Below, in pieces: positions 33,089-43,748 of a stretch of 56,172 nt of DNA. Source of the stretch: Gomphosphaeria aponina SAG 52.96 = DSM 107014 (GTDB lineage: Bacteria; Cyanobacteriota; Cyanobacteriia; Cyanobacteriales; Gomphosphaeriaceae); the NCBI GenBank assembly GCA_016903655.1, contig JADQBC010000003.1, positions 1-56,172 on the forward strand, written 5' to 3'. Under the pieces are notes generated by a model. That model saw nothing but the letters and a program-made list of their open reading frames with translations, was not told the DNA's origin and made no database searches. How positions within the stretch are numbered: the stretch's first letter is position 1; every line of letters starts with the position of its first letter. The position numbers were made by a program, and so were the translations under genes.

Positions 33089-33469
33089 ATGAAGATTTTA
33101 ATTATTGATGATGAACCGCGCTTGTTGGCGATCGCCAAAATGTCTTTGGAGATGATGGCGCAATGGAAGGTGTTAACTGCGACTTCTGGTTATGAAGGGT
33201 TAGAGCTGGCGGCATCAGAGCGTCCAGATGCTATTCTTTTAGATATGATGATGCCTGAGCTCAATGGCAATGAAACTTTGGTGCGACTTCAGGCGAATCG
33301 AGAGACAAAAAATATTCCTGTATTTTTATTAACTGCTAAATCAAATCTGCCTGAAAACTTAGCCGAATTGGGGGTAAAAGCAGTGATTCATAAACCCTTT
33401 AATCCAGTGAAATTGGCTGAGGCGATCGCTCTTAATTTAAACTGGGATTTGGGGGCTAAAAAATGCTAA
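33089..33469 (+). CDS. Single-domain response regulator (CheY-like)
   Basis: IIDDE, LLDMMMP, LTA and KPF motifs. Confidence 0.92.
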   Translation: MKILIIDDEPRLLAIAKMSLEMMAQWKVLTATSGYEGLELAASERPDAILLDMMMPELNGNETLVRLQANRETKNIPVFLLTAKSNLPENLAELGVKAVIHKPFNPVKLAEAIALNLNWDLGAKKC

Positions 33470-33476
33470 ATTAATG

Positions 33477-34964
33477 TTACTTTTGGATAAATGAATGGGG
33501 AACATCCTCATCAATAAAAGATTCAGTTTGAATTTCCATAAATCCTGTATAAGCTTCCATTCCGTGTTCGGCAATATCTAAACCTTGTCTTTCTTCTTCA
33601 GGGGAAACGCGCAAACCAAAGATCATGTTGAGGATTTGCCAAAAGATAAAGCTCCAACATATAGTAGATACTGCAACAGAAATAATTCCTAAAATTTGTA
33701 CACCAACTTGAGCTAAATCCCCACTCAGAAACAGTCCTGGCATAATGTTGCCATCTTGGTAAAGATCAGGATTAGCAAACAAACCAACGGCAATAGTACC
33801 CCAAATCCCATTAACTAGGTGAACGGAGATTGCCCCTACTGGGTCATCAATTTTGAGAAATTCAAACACATAAACTGAAAAAACAACAAAGATGCCAGCA
33901 AGGAAACCAATTAAGACGGCTGCGGAAAAACCGACAAAAGCACAGGAGCCAGTAATAGCTACTAATCCAGACAAAACACCGTTGATGATCAAAGAAAGGT
34001 CAGGTTTGCCACAGAGTATCCAAGAGGTGGCAGTGGCGGCAAGCCCTGCTGCGGCTGCTGATAAGTTAGTTACTACTGCAATCTGAGCAATACTGGGGTT
34101 AACTGCCATGGTGGAACCTGAGTTAAAACCAAACCAACTGATCCACAAAATTAAACAACCCAAGGTAGAAATACTGAGGTTATGACCTGGAAATACATTA
34201 GTTGTCCCGTTTGCGTTATATTTACCTAAGCGTGGGCCAAGAATAAAAGCACCTGTGAGGGCGCACCAGCCGCCTACTGAATGAACTACAGTAGAGCCTG
34301 CGAAGTCTTTAAAGCCTAATTGTGCTAGCCAACCACCACCCCAAATCCAGTGACCGACTATGGGGTAGCCCACACTCACTAGCAAAAAGCTAAAGCCGAC
34401 AAAGCCATAAAATTTAATCCTTTCGGCTACAGCGCCAGAAATAATAGTAGCTGCTGTTCCTGCAAATGCTACCTGAAATAAGAATTTTGCTGCTAGGGGT
34501 ACACCTGCCCAACTCAACGCGGTGTAAACTCCTTCGTAGTCTGTTCCTGTTGCGGGGCTATTGTCGGCTCCGCTGAGGAAAAAGCCACTGCTACCAAATA
34601 CTGGGTTGCCATCGCCAAACATTAAGCCAAAACCAATTGCCCAAAAAGAGATTGTAGAAATTGCAAATACAATTAAGTTTTTAGATAACAAATTAACTGC
34701 ATTTTTCCTGCGGCAAAAGCCTGTTTCTAGCATGGCAAAGCCTGCGTTCATAAAAATTACCAGAATTGCGGTAATTACTACCCATAAAGTATCTAAACTT
34801 ATTTTTAGTTCATTTACCATCTCTGCTGATGGCAGACTCTGGGCTACTGCTGCGTAATTCCATATTAAAACTATAATAGTGCTCAAAGGAATACAGGCTA
34901 TCCAAGGAGATAACCCAAAAAGCTTCCGTTGCTTGAAGTCTAATTTTCTCTTGTGGCTTTTCAT
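33477..34964 (-). CDS. amt: Ammonium transporter
   Basis: [26 protein letters not shown] and [10 protein letters not shown] motifs. Confidence 0.96.
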   Translation of the reverse strand: MKSHKRKLDFKQRKLFGLSPWIACIPLSTIIVLIWNYAAVAQSLPSAEMVNELKISLDTLWVVITAILVIFMNAGFAMLETGFCRRKNAVNLLSKNLIVFAISTISFWAIGFGLMFGDGNPVFGSSGFFLSGADNSPATGTDYEGVYTALSWAGVPLAAKFLFQVAFAGTAATIISGAVAERIKFYGFVGFSFLLVSVGYPIVGHWIWGGGWLAQLGFKDFAGSTVVHSVGGWCALTGAFILGPRLGKYNANGTTNVFPGHNLSISTLGCLILWISWFGFNSGSTMAVNPSIAQIAVVTNLSAAAAGLAATATSWILCGKPDLSLIINGVLSGLVAITGSCAFVGFSAAVLIGFLAGIFVVFSVYVFEFLKIDDPVGAISVHLVNGIWGTIAVGLFANPDLYQDGNIMPGLFLSGDLAQVGVQILGIISVAVSTICWSFIFWQILNMIFGLRVSPEEERQGLDIAEHGMEAYTGFMEIQTESFIDEDVPHSFIQK

Positions 34965-34990
34965 GGGTTATGTTAGCAGTTTATTGGGTA

Positions 34991-35032
34991 ATTATATCTT
35001 GTTTTTCCAACAATTTTTGCATCAAAAGTTAC
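34991..35032 (-). promoter_or_regulatory. NtcA-activated class II promoter of amt
   Basis: Minus strand GTA-ACTTTTGA-TGC (one mismatch to GTA-N8-TAC), then exactly 22 nt, then TATAAT. Confidence 0.75.
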
Positions 35033-35180
35033 ATAATGGTCAAAGGGGCACAGAAAGGATAAACTATAACTTAAAAGGAGAACCTTGATATCAAAACCCG
35101 CCCACTCCTATTCTCTATTTTTTTTTTCATAATCTTGCCGAAGAATGCTAGCTCAATGAGCATTGCAGCAGCTATAATAT

Positions 35181-35645
35181 TTACACAATTTGTGCTATAA
35201 GTTGATCTGTATCTAAGATAAAAATAGTTTTTTCTTCTGTTTCTTGGGAAACAACTGTTACATGACTGGCAATTTTCAAGGTATCGGCACGGCGATAGGA
35301 TTCTGGTAATACTCGAACACTAGATAAGGGAACATCAACTAAACTGGGAGTTTGATTTACTATAATGCCAAACTGTTCTCCGCTACTATTTTTAGCGAGG
35401 ATCAGGTAAGTTTTTGCTTCTGAGGGGATGGGTTGGCTGGTTGAAAATAATCGCTTATGGAGATCAATGACTGTTATTTCTCGATCTTCTATATGGGCGA
35501 TTCCTAAATGACTTAGCCCACTGCCATAAACTTGGGTAGATTTAATCACTTTTTGCACGGATTCTATGGTAAAAGCAACATTAAGACTACCTACGGGAAA
35601 AACTACTAATTTAAGTAATTTATTTTTTAATATTTTACTGTTCAT
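35181..35645 (-). CDS. cheW: CheW-like protein
   Basis: LVVF.VG, ITVIDL and FGIIV motifs; directly downstream of CheA. Confidence 0.85.
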   Translation of the reverse strand: MNSKILKNKLLKLVVFPVGSLNVAFTIESVQKVIKSTQVYGSGLSHLGIAHIEDREITVIDLHKRLFSTSQPIPSEAKTYLILAKNSSGEQFGIIVNQTPSLVDVPLSSVRVLPESYRRADTLKIASHVTVVSQETEEKTIFILDTDQLIAQIV

Positions 35646-35745
35646 GGTTCATGGTTGATAGTTGATGGTTGATGGTTGATAGTTGATGGTTGATGGTTGA
35701 TGATATTCTATGAACAATTAACAATTAACAATTAACAATTAACTG
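35646..35745. repeat. STRR tract (TGGTTGA)n followed by (ACAATTA)n
   Basis: Visible tandem 7-mers between cheA and cheW. Confidence 0.92.
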
Positions 35746-35747
35746 AT

Positions 35748-38700
35748 TTAAGCAACAGGTAAGGGTTGGTTTTGACTGATGATCTTTTTAATAGACTCAA
35801 GAAATTTTTGTTCAATATAAGGTTTAGTAAAGTAAGCATTAGCACCTAAATGGGTTGCTAACTGACGGTGTTTATCGTTGCTGCGGGAGGTAAGCATGGC
35901 TACAGGGATGTTTAACAGCTCTGGGTAGCGACGACGTTGACCGAGAAATTCAAATCCGTTCATATTGGGCATTTCAATATCGCAAATGACCATTTGTATA
36001 TTGCTAGCAAGTTGCTGTAGTTGTTCCAGGGCTTCTCGTCCATCTCTTGCTTGCAACACACGATAACCTGATTTTTCGAGGCTAAAGGCGAGGGTGCGAC
36101 GCATAGCGGCTGAGTCATCGACCACCAGAATTGTCGCTGCTTGAACTGCGGGGGTCTTGGCGGAGTCTTCCCTGACTGAACTTTGCTCTTGGAGTATTTT
36201 TGTTACTTTTTGTTCTTTGGAGGCTGTTTTGCTAGAGGATGTTATTTTGGTTAGGCCTGGTATTGTCATATCCAGCACTTCTTCTACCAAGAGAGTGCCG
36301 TTAATTACGGGAAGTACTGTTCCATCACCCAATATTGTACAACCATAGGTATAACTGGGGGCTGCCATTGCGCTGCTAAAAGGTTTAATTACCAGTTCTT
36401 GTTCTGTGACTAGACGATCTACTTCGAGGGCGAAAACTTGTTGTCCTCGACGCAACAAAAGTAAAGGTAATTCCCAATCTTCTGGGGTATTTACTCCCAT
36501 CAGGGATTTACTTGCTACTATTTCTTGCAATGTACAGTGGTACTCTAAAAGGTCAATTAATTTATACACGGGGATAACGCCGCTGCGCCATTGCAAAAAT
36601 CGATGTTGCCCAGTTTTTTTCATCTGCTCAGGAGTGGGAATGATAATTTCTTCAATGCTGTCTGAAGGTAAGGCAAAAGGGGTATTTCCTGCTAAACAAA
36701 CGAGTAATTTATCAATAGTTAGAGTTAAAGGCAGACTTAATATAAAGGTTGTTCCTTTGTCTGGGCTGGAGTTTACTGTTATTTTGCCTTTCAAACTACG
36801 CAGTTGTGAGTGCACCACATCTAGCCCTACTCCTCGTCCTGATAATTCGCTGACTTGGCTAGCTGTAGAAAATCCTGGTTCAAAAATGAAGTCTAATAAA
36901 CTTTCTTTGGGAAGAACTGCTAGTTGTTCTGCTGATAATAATCCTTTTTCTAATGCTTTGATCCCAATTTTTGCTAAATCTAAACCTTGTCCATCATCTT
37001 TAATTTCAATGATGGTTTGGTTGCCTTGGTGATAGGCAGAAATTTCTATTTGCCCTTCTTCTGGTTTGCCTTTTTTCTTTCTGATTTCTGGGAGTTCTAT
37101 GCCATGGTCGAAGGCGTTACGGAGTAAATGAAGTAGAGGATCGTAGAGTTTTTCTAAAGCTGCTTTATCTACTAAAACTCTTGTCCCACTTAGTTGGAGA
37201 TTGACTTGTTTTTTGTATTTGGCGCTGAGGTCGCGCAATACTCTGGGAAAACGATTTAATACTTCTCCTAATGGCAACATTCGCGCCCACATTAGTTCGT
37301 CTCGCAAACGATTGAGCATTTGGCGTTGTTGTTCTACTGTTTGACCTGATTGTCTGGCGAATAATGCTATGTCATCTACTGCTTCTTCTACTTGGATCAT
37401 TTGTTCTAACAACCCTTGTATCATTGAGTACATTGTTCCATAGCTATCCATTTCTAAGGAGTCAAAATCAGGTTGACGCTCAATGTTATCTAATTCTCTT
37501 GGTTCTCGGGTGACAAAATTATCGTATGTTCCGTGACCATAGTGTCTTTCTTTTACTACTATTTGGTCTGACATTTCCCGCAATTTGTTGGTCATTTCTC
37601 CGAAGCGGGTGAATCGATTTAGTAGTTCTTTTACTGCTCCCTGAAGTTGCTCGTTTTGCAGTAAACTACTGTTATGGTTAATTGATAATTCTCCTACCAG
37701 GTTATTCATCCTTTCTAAGCGGTCTAAGTCCACCCGCACTGATAGTTTTGTCCCCGTAGGTTCTTCAATTTTTCTGCTTGCAGCTTTTTTCTCTGTTTCT
37801 TTTTTCTTTTCTTTTGTTCTTTGTTCCCCTTGAGCGCCAATTGTTTTTGGTTCTAATTTTTCTCTTTCTTCTTCTACTGGCAATTCTTCATATATTTCTG
37901 AGATTTTTTGAACTGCTTCTGCTAGATTTTGAGGACTTTCTTCTATTTCTTTTGAACTAAATCCATCATTCTCCCCCCTTGAAAAGGGTTGATTTTCTAA
38001 AGATGGTTCTTCCTCTGCTATTTCTCCTAAACTAAATACATCTTCTAAAGATGGTTCTTCCTCTGCTATTTCTCCTAAACTAAATACATCTTCTAGAGAT
38101 GGTTCTATCTCTTCTATTTCTGCTGAACTAAATACATCTTCTAAAGATGGTTCTATTTCTTCTATTTCTGCTGAACTAAATACATCTTCTAGAGATGGTT
38201 CTATTTCTTCTATTTCTGCTGAACTAAATACATCTTCTAAAGATGGTTCTTCCTCTGCTATCTGTTCTTTTTCTGTTGTAATTCCGATTGAATCTAATAG
38301 CTCATCTAGGGAGGAGAGATCATCATCTAGTTTTTTCCCTTCTGCGAAGGCTACCAGTGCGGGGGATGGTTGGCCGCCTAATTTGCGATCGCCTGCTAGT
38401 ACTGCTTCTCTGCTGGCCCCAATATCTGCTAATGTCAGTTGGGTAATCTCTAATGCTTGCTCTGGATTGCGATTTAAGGCTTCCATTGCTGTTTGGGCGA
38501 TCGCCGTCAAACCAGGTAGATGCAAAAATTCCCCAAAACCGCCAAATACCTCTAAAGTCGCCCGCAACTCTCCAGCTACCTGATAATTCTCTGGATTTGC
38601 TGCTACAGTTGCTAGCCGCTCTAACTCCTGCGCTACATCGATTTTAAACATCTCTTGAACTACATCCACTCCTAAATCACTGGAGCTTGGAATATAATCA

Positions 38701-39923
38701 TTAACTTGGGTGAGTGCATCTCCGAGTCTTGCTGCTATTTTTTCCCATAATTCTTGAGCTGTTGCTAAGGCTGCATCGGTATCATAAGTTCCTGTTTCTA
38801 TCTGTTCCATTAGCGGATTACGCAAACAATCATAGCCTTGGAGCAGCCAACTTTCTAATTCTGTATCTATTGTAATTTCATCACTGTAGAGGGCTTTAAA
38901 AATGTCTTCTAATTTGTGGGCAATAGTTTTTATTGCTTCTAACCCCACACTTGCTGCTCCTCCTTTAATTGAGTGAGCTGCGCGCATTATTTCGTGTACT
39001 TTTGCTGTGGTTTTTTCTGCTCTCAGGGTTAGTAATCCTGCTTCTATTAACTCTAATAATTCTACTGCCTCTTCTATAAAAAACTTATATGCTTGATCTT
39101 TAATATCTAATGTTTCTGCCTCGATTTCTTTCGGTTTCTCTTTTGCTAATTTCAATAATTGAGGGGATGGGTTGCCTCCAGAAGTGCGATCGCCTGCTAG
39201 TACTGCTTTTCTACTTGCTTTTAGATCTGCGATCATTAATTTTGTTATTTCCCGCCCTTGCTCTGGATAACTTTCTAATGCTTCTATTGCTGTTTTGTTA
39301 ATAGCAGTAAATCCTGGTAAATTTAATAATTCCCCCAGTCCCAAAAACACCTCTACTTGATTTCTTAATTCTTCTTCTATTGAATATTCTTGAGGGTTAT
39401 TAACTACAGTTTCTAGATGATTAATTCCTTCTTCTACATCTACTTCAAAAATGGAACTTACAATATCTATTCCCAAGTCACTAGAGCTGGGAATATATTC
39501 TTCTTCTTGGTTAAGAGCATCTCCGAGTTTTGCTGCTATTTTTTCCCAGACTGGCTCTGCTGCTGCTAGTGCTGCATTAGTATTATAAGCTCCTGTTTTC
39601 ATCTGTTGTGTCAGGGGATTTTTCAAACAATCATAGCCTTCTAGCAGCCAACTTTCTAATTCTTGATCAATAATTATGTCTTCACTATAAAGTCCTTTGA
39701 AGATATCTTCTAAGCGGTGGGCGATGGTTTTTATTTCTTCTAGCCCCACACTTGCTGCTCCTCCTTTAATTGAGTGAGCTGCTCGCATTATTTCATGTAC
39801 TTTGGCTATGTTTTTTTCTTCTCTCAGAGTTAGTAATCCTGCTTCGATTATCTCCAAAAGTTCTGGAGCCTCTTCGATGAAAAATTGATATGCTTGGTCA
39901 CGAAACTCGGAATTGTTTGACAT
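35748..39923 (-). CDS. cheA: Hybrid CheA (PixL-like): two Hpt, HATPase, CheW and REC domains
   Basis: Two RAAHSIKGGA Hpt motifs, HLLRNAFDHG, DDGQG, SGRGVGLD and receiver domain; ATG at 39923. Confidence 0.93.
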   Translation of the reverse strand: MSNNSEFRDQAYQFFIEEAPELLEIIEAGLLTLREEKNIAKVHEIMRAAHSIKGGAASVGLEEIKTIAHRLEDIFKGLYSEDIIIDQELESWLLEGYDCLKNPLTQQMKTGAYNTNAALAAAEPVWEKIAAKLGDALNQEEEYIPSSSDLGIDIVSSIFEVDVEEGINHLETVVNNPQEYSIEEELRNQVEVFLGLGELLNLPGFTAINKTAIEALESYPEQGREITKLMIADLKASRKAVLAGDRTSGGNPSPQLLKLAKEKPKEIEAETLDIKDQAYKFFIEEAVELLELIEAGLLTLRAEKTTAKVHEIMRAAHSIKGGAASVGLEAIKTIAHKLEDIFKALYSDEITIDTELESWLLQGYDCLRNPLMEQIETGTYDTDAALATAQELWEKIAARLGDALTQVNDYIPSSSDLGVDVVQEMFKIDVAQELERLATVAANPENYQVAGELRATLEVFGGFGEFLHLPGLTAIAQTAMEALNRNPEQALEITQLTLADIGASREAVLAGDRKLGGQPSPALVAFAEGKKLDDDLSSLDELLDSIGITTEKEQIAEEEPSLEDVFSSAEIEEIEPSLEDVFSSAEIEEIEPSLEDVFSSAEIEEIEPSLEDVFSLGEIAEEEPSLEDVFSLGEIAEEEPSLENQPFSRGENDGFSSKEIEESPQNLAEAVQKISEIYEELPVEEEREKLEPKTIGAQGEQRTKEKKKETEKKAASRKIEEPTGTKLSVRVDLDRLERMNNLVGELSINHNSSLLQNEQLQGAVKELLNRFTRFGEMTNKLREMSDQIVVKERHYGHGTYDNFVTREPRELDNIERQPDFDSLEMDSYGTMYSMIQGLLEQMIQVEEAVDDIALFARQSGQTVEQQRQMLNRLRDELMWARMLPLGEVLNRFPRVLRDLSAKYKKQVNLQLSGTRVLVDKAALEKLYDPLLHLLRNAFDHGIELPEIRKKKGKPEEGQIEISAYHQGNQTIIEIKDDGQGLDLAKIGIKALEKGLLSAEQLAVLPKESLLDFIFEPGFSTASQVSELSGRGVGLDVVHSQLRSLKGKITVNSSPDKGTTFILSLPLTLTIDKLLVCLAGNTPFALPSDSIEEIIIPTPEQMKKTGQHRFLQWRSGVIPVYKLIDLLEYHCTLQEIVASKSLMGVNTPEDWELPLLLLRRGQQVFALEVDRLVTEQELVIKPFSSAMAAPSYTYGCTILGDGTVLPVINGTLLVEEVLDMTIPGLTKITSSSKTASKEQKVTKILQEQSSVREDSAKTPAVQAATILVVDDSAAMRRTLAFSLEKSGYRVLQARDGREALEQLQQLASNIQMVICDIEMPNMNGFEFLGQRRRYPELLNIPVAMLTSRSNDKHRQLATHLGANAYFTKPYIEQKFLESIKKIISQNQPLPVA
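37995..38261 (-). repeat. Coding 48-bp tandem repeat in the CheA linker (about 5.5 units)
   Basis: EPSLEDVFSSAEIEEI x3 and EPSLEDVFSLGEIAEE x2. Confidence 0.92.
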
Positions 39924-39933
39924 AGTTTGTTCA

Positions 39934-40028
39934 TTGTTGATGGTTGATGGTTGATGGTTGATGGTTGATGGTTGATGGTTGATGGTTGTGAACAATTAAC
40001 AATTAACTATCAACAATTAACCATTAAC
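39934..40028. repeat. STRR tract (TGGTTGA)n followed by (ACAATTA)-type units
   Basis: Visible tandem 7-mers between MCP and cheA. Confidence 0.9.
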
Positions 40029-40078
40029 GTTTACACGGCAGTGAGTAATTGGTTATCCTTTCTGTGCTCCTACTAATA

Positions 40079-43000
40079 TCAATCAACTTTAAATTTGGCT
40101 ACATCAGTTTTTAATCGTACTGCTACAGCCAATAAATCTTTAAAAGAAGCTGCCACATCAGATGCACTGGCGGAAGTGCGATCTGAGATCGCCGCTACAT
40201 TTGTCATGGTTTCTGTAACTGCGGCCGAGCTGACTGATTGTTCAAAAGCAGCATTAGCGATCGCCGCCACCAACTCATTAATCCGCGCTGAAGCTGCTGT
40301 AATTTGATTTAAATTCTGTCTTGTTTGCTCCACCATTTCTGTCCCTTCTTCTACTTGCATTTTTCCTGCTTCCATTGCTACTACTACGGCCTTAGTTTCA
40401 GCTAGGATATTGTTGACTACTTTTTCAATGGAGATGGTTGCTTCAGAAGATTGAGCTGCTAGACTTCTTACTTCATCGGCAATCACCGCAAAACCTTGAC
40501 CTTCTTCTCCTGCGCGTGCTGCTTCTATTGAAGCTTTCAAAGCGAGTAGGTGAGTTTGGGCAGCAAACCTGCCGATCAGGTTTACTACTTTTGCAATATC
40601 TTGAGAAGACTCCCCAAGCTGTTTCACTTTTTCTACTGTTTCTATCACCGTTTCTCGCAGTCCTAAAATCCCCTTTACTGTCTGAGTAATGGCTGCATCT
40701 CCTGCTTCTACGCTCCCTGCCGCTTCTTCTACTACTGCTTCAGCTTCTTCTGCTGCTGAGGCTACAGAGGCGATGGAGTTGGTCATGGCTTGCAATTGTT
40801 CTAATGCTTCTGTTATCTCCCGACTTTGTAACTTTGCTTCTATTGAAAGATTTACTACTGCTTCTTCGTTAGTATTGGTTGTTTCTGCTACTTGTTCTGC
40901 TGCTTCTTGCACTTCTATTACAATTTTCCGCAAGCTTTCCACTATCGTATTATACGAGTCGGCGATTGTGCCAATTTCATCTTCTTTGACAGAGGTGCGA
41001 ATTGTCAGATCTCCTTTACTAATAGGATCTACTTCGATCAGTAATTCTAAAGCTCGTCTTTGTAGTTTTTCTTTAGCTTGCCGTTGTTCTGCTTCTGCTT
41101 TTTGCTGGTTTTCTAACAGAGTGACTCGCTCTTTAGCTAGTCCGATCTGGGTAGCTATCTGAGCGAAGAATTGGATTTCTCCTGACTCCCAGTTTCTGGG
41201 GCGATCGCACTGGTGAGCGATTAACAACCCAAATAACTTTCCCCCGATGGTTATCGGCGCAACTAAATTTGCTTTAACTGCAAAGGGTTCTAATTGGCGC
41301 AGGTGACATTCGGTCAAACCTGCCTGATAGATATCCGCCGTTGCTTGCACTCTTCCCGCTTGATATTTTTCCACATATTTATCAGCAAAACAGGGGTCTG
41401 TAATAGTTGCTCCCATTGCTACTGGCCAAGAATCTCCCACTGATTCAGCGATAATTGTACCTGAGTAATTTTCATCAAAACTGTAAACTATAACGCGGTT
41501 AGTTTTAAGAGCTGCTCTCATCTCATTTACAGCTGTTTTCCAAACTTCTTCTACCGTTAAAGAATCTGCAATCTTCAGAATAATTTCCTTAAGTTGTTCT
41601 GATCTGAGCGCTTGTTTTTCCTGTTGTTTAATAAAAGTTACTCGCTCTAGAATCACCCCAAACTGAGCTGCTAATTGCACCAGAAAATTGATTTCTCGCT
41701 CTACCCATTCATGGGTATTCTGGCAGTGGTGGGCGATGAGTAGTCCGTAGAGCTGTCCTTGATTGAGAATTGGTACTACTAAATTTGCTTTGATTTTTAA
41801 GCGCACCATTAATTGCTCATGATCTGGGTGAAATCCTGCATTAAAAACATCATTGGTTGGCACTACCCGCCCATTTATATATTCTTTTAAAATTGTATCT
41901 GGAATACAGGCATCTTCAATGCGGTCATTGAGAGCAACTGGCCATCCTGGCATCACTGATTCGTTACTAATATAACCGCTATAATCTGAATTAAATCGAT
42001 AGACCACCACCCGATCTGCTAATAGCAGTTTTCGTGTTTCTTCTAGTGCCTGATTAAATATTTGTTGAAGTTCTTGATTGTTGAGGACGCGAGAACCACT
42101 AATTTCTGCTAACAGCCGTGCCTGTTTAGATTCTTGACGGAAAATGTTTTCTTTCGCCTCTAAATTTGCCACCATTTTATTTATTTCTTGGGAGAGAATG
42201 CCGATTTCATCTTGGCGATCGCTTCGGGCCAGTCTAATTCCTTCTTGTCCTTTTCCCACTCGCTGCACAAAATTTGCTAAACGTTTTATGGGGGCTGAAA
42301 AGCTATTTGCTATGGGAATTATCAATAATAATAGTGTTAGCAATATTATTACTAAGCCAATGACAACAGCTATTATTGCTATCTGCCGCAGATTTCTATT
42401 TACTTCTGTTAGCGGTATGCCCACATAACTGATGCCTATTATTTTTCCCTCATGGTTATAAATCGGTCGATAAGCTGTGAGATATTTAATCCCAATAATA
42501 TTTGTTGTCCCAATAAATTCTTGTCCTTCATTTAAAACTACTTGCGCTACTTCGCGAGAAACTCTAGTACCTATTGCTCTAGTTTTTCCATCTGTGTAGG
42601 GTACATTGGTAGATACCCGCCAGTCTTGAGCAAATATAGTTGCTGTGGGTACTTCTGTTTTTTCCCTAACTAAATCGACAATTTCATAATTGCGGTTAAT
42701 TAAATTCCCCACAATTACTGTTCCTTCTATTTTGCCATTAATTTTAATGGGTTCAACTGCAATCATTACCAACCCTGCTTTTCCCCCATCAATGTCGAAA
42801 GTTCCTTCTGCATAGGGCTGTTGTGCTTCTGGTAAGCCTTCAATTTCCTGGGTTCGCACACCAATGTTTGCCTGTTTTCCTAACCCTAAACGTTCTACTA
42901 TTTCTCCTCGGAATAATTCTATTCCTTTTAATCCAGTTTGCTCTTTTATTGCCCTTTGGACAATGGGTATATCCCCTAATTTTATCCCTAGAGGCAATTG

Positions 43001-43543
43001 GAGCGGACTTAATTGTGTTGTTGCTGATAAGCTTGAATAGTTCTCCTCATCTATCAGTACTATTTTAAGATCCTGAGCTATAGTTTCTCCCTGGGCATTT
43101 GTCACGAGATAAAAACTATAATTTTCCCGATTTCCTGCCTGATTCAGGTGAGCTTTTATTTCCCCTTCATTCTTCTTAATTGACCCGTTTTCTATTAATC
43201 TTGCTATGGCTTCTGCTTCTGCTTCTATATTATCCTTTTCCTGTTCTATTTTATCTTCTAAAATTACTAAGTCTCGGTCTAAAACTTGTTCTAAAGTTTT
43301 AATTGATTGCTCTTGGGTGCTAATTACTGTCCCGATTGTAACTCCAATTATGGGGATGGCGGTGGTAAAAAATAAGATTGTTCCCAGTTTTCTCTTGATG
43401 TTTAAGTTTTGCCACTTGACTAATAGGGGATTTATTGGCTCAGGAATTTCTTCTATTACTAGAGCTTCTTGCTCAATTTCTCTTGTTCTATTTTTGATAT
43501 TTTCTGTTACTTCGTATTTGGGCTTCGGAGTTGTTTGCGTCAT
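40079..43543 (-). CDS. Cyanobacteriochrome MCP: TM-Cache-TM-HAMP-GAF(DACIP)-GAF(DPCF/CH)-MCP signalling domain
   Basis: ATIF...RVSTNV...RAIGT Cache motif, two GAF domains and IEAARAGE.G.GFAVIADEVR. Confidence 0.9.
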   Translation of the reverse strand: MTQTTPKPKYEVTENIKNRTREIEQEALVIEEIPEPINPLLVKWQNLNIKRKLGTILFFTTAIPIIGVTIGTVISTQEQSIKTLEQVLDRDLVILEDKIEQEKDNIEAEAEAIARLIENGSIKKNEGEIKAHLNQAGNRENYSFYLVTNAQGETIAQDLKIVLIDEENYSSLSATTQLSPLQLPLGIKLGDIPIVQRAIKEQTGLKGIELFRGEIVERLGLGKQANIGVRTQEIEGLPEAQQPYAEGTFDIDGGKAGLVMIAVEPIKINGKIEGTVIVGNLINRNYEIVDLVREKTEVPTATIFAQDWRVSTNVPYTDGKTRAIGTRVSREVAQVVLNEGQEFIGTTNIIGIKYLTAYRPIYNHEGKIIGISYVGIPLTEVNRNLRQIAIIAVVIGLVIILLTLLLLIIPIANSFSAPIKRLANFVQRVGKGQEGIRLARSDRQDEIGILSQEINKMVANLEAKENIFRQESKQARLLAEISGSRVLNNQELQQIFNQALEETRKLLLADRVVVYRFNSDYSGYISNESVMPGWPVALNDRIEDACIPDTILKEYINGRVVPTNDVFNAGFHPDHEQLMVRLKIKANLVVPILNQGQLYGLLIAHHCQNTHEWVEREINFLVQLAAQFGVILERVTFIKQQEKQALRSEQLKEIILKIADSLTVEEVWKTAVNEMRAALKTNRVIVYSFDENYSGTIIAESVGDSWPVAMGATITDPCFADKYVEKYQAGRVQATADIYQAGLTECHLRQLEPFAVKANLVAPITIGGKLFGLLIAHQCDRPRNWESGEIQFFAQIATQIGLAKERVTLLENQQKAEAEQRQAKEKLQRRALELLIEVDPISKGDLTIRTSVKEDEIGTIADSYNTIVESLRKIVIEVQEAAEQVAETTNTNEEAVVNLSIEAKLQSREITEALEQLQAMTNSIASVASAAEEAEAVVEEAAGSVEAGDAAITQTVKGILGLRETVIETVEKVKQLGESSQDIAKVVNLIGRFAAQTHLLALKASIEAARAGEEGQGFAVIADEVRSLAAQSSEATISIEKVVNNILAETKAVVVAMEAGKMQVEEGTEMVEQTRQNLNQITAASARINELVAAIANAAFEQSVSSAAVTETMTNVAAISDRTSASASDVAASFKDLLAVAVRLKTDVAKFKVD

Positions 43544-43748
43544 CTTTTTTCCCGCTTTATACTTAATTTTTTCTTATTTCTGTCTGGTGCTCTGAGTTGC
43601 TCTTTTTTGCAACATTTTTTAACTTTTAACGTAATATATAAAGCCAAATGAGATTAAGCTTTAATTTAACTCTAACTTAATCATCATCTTTTGACCGTTG
43701 GTCACAGGGGATTTAATATTTCTTAATTTGTTGTATTTATTAACCTGA

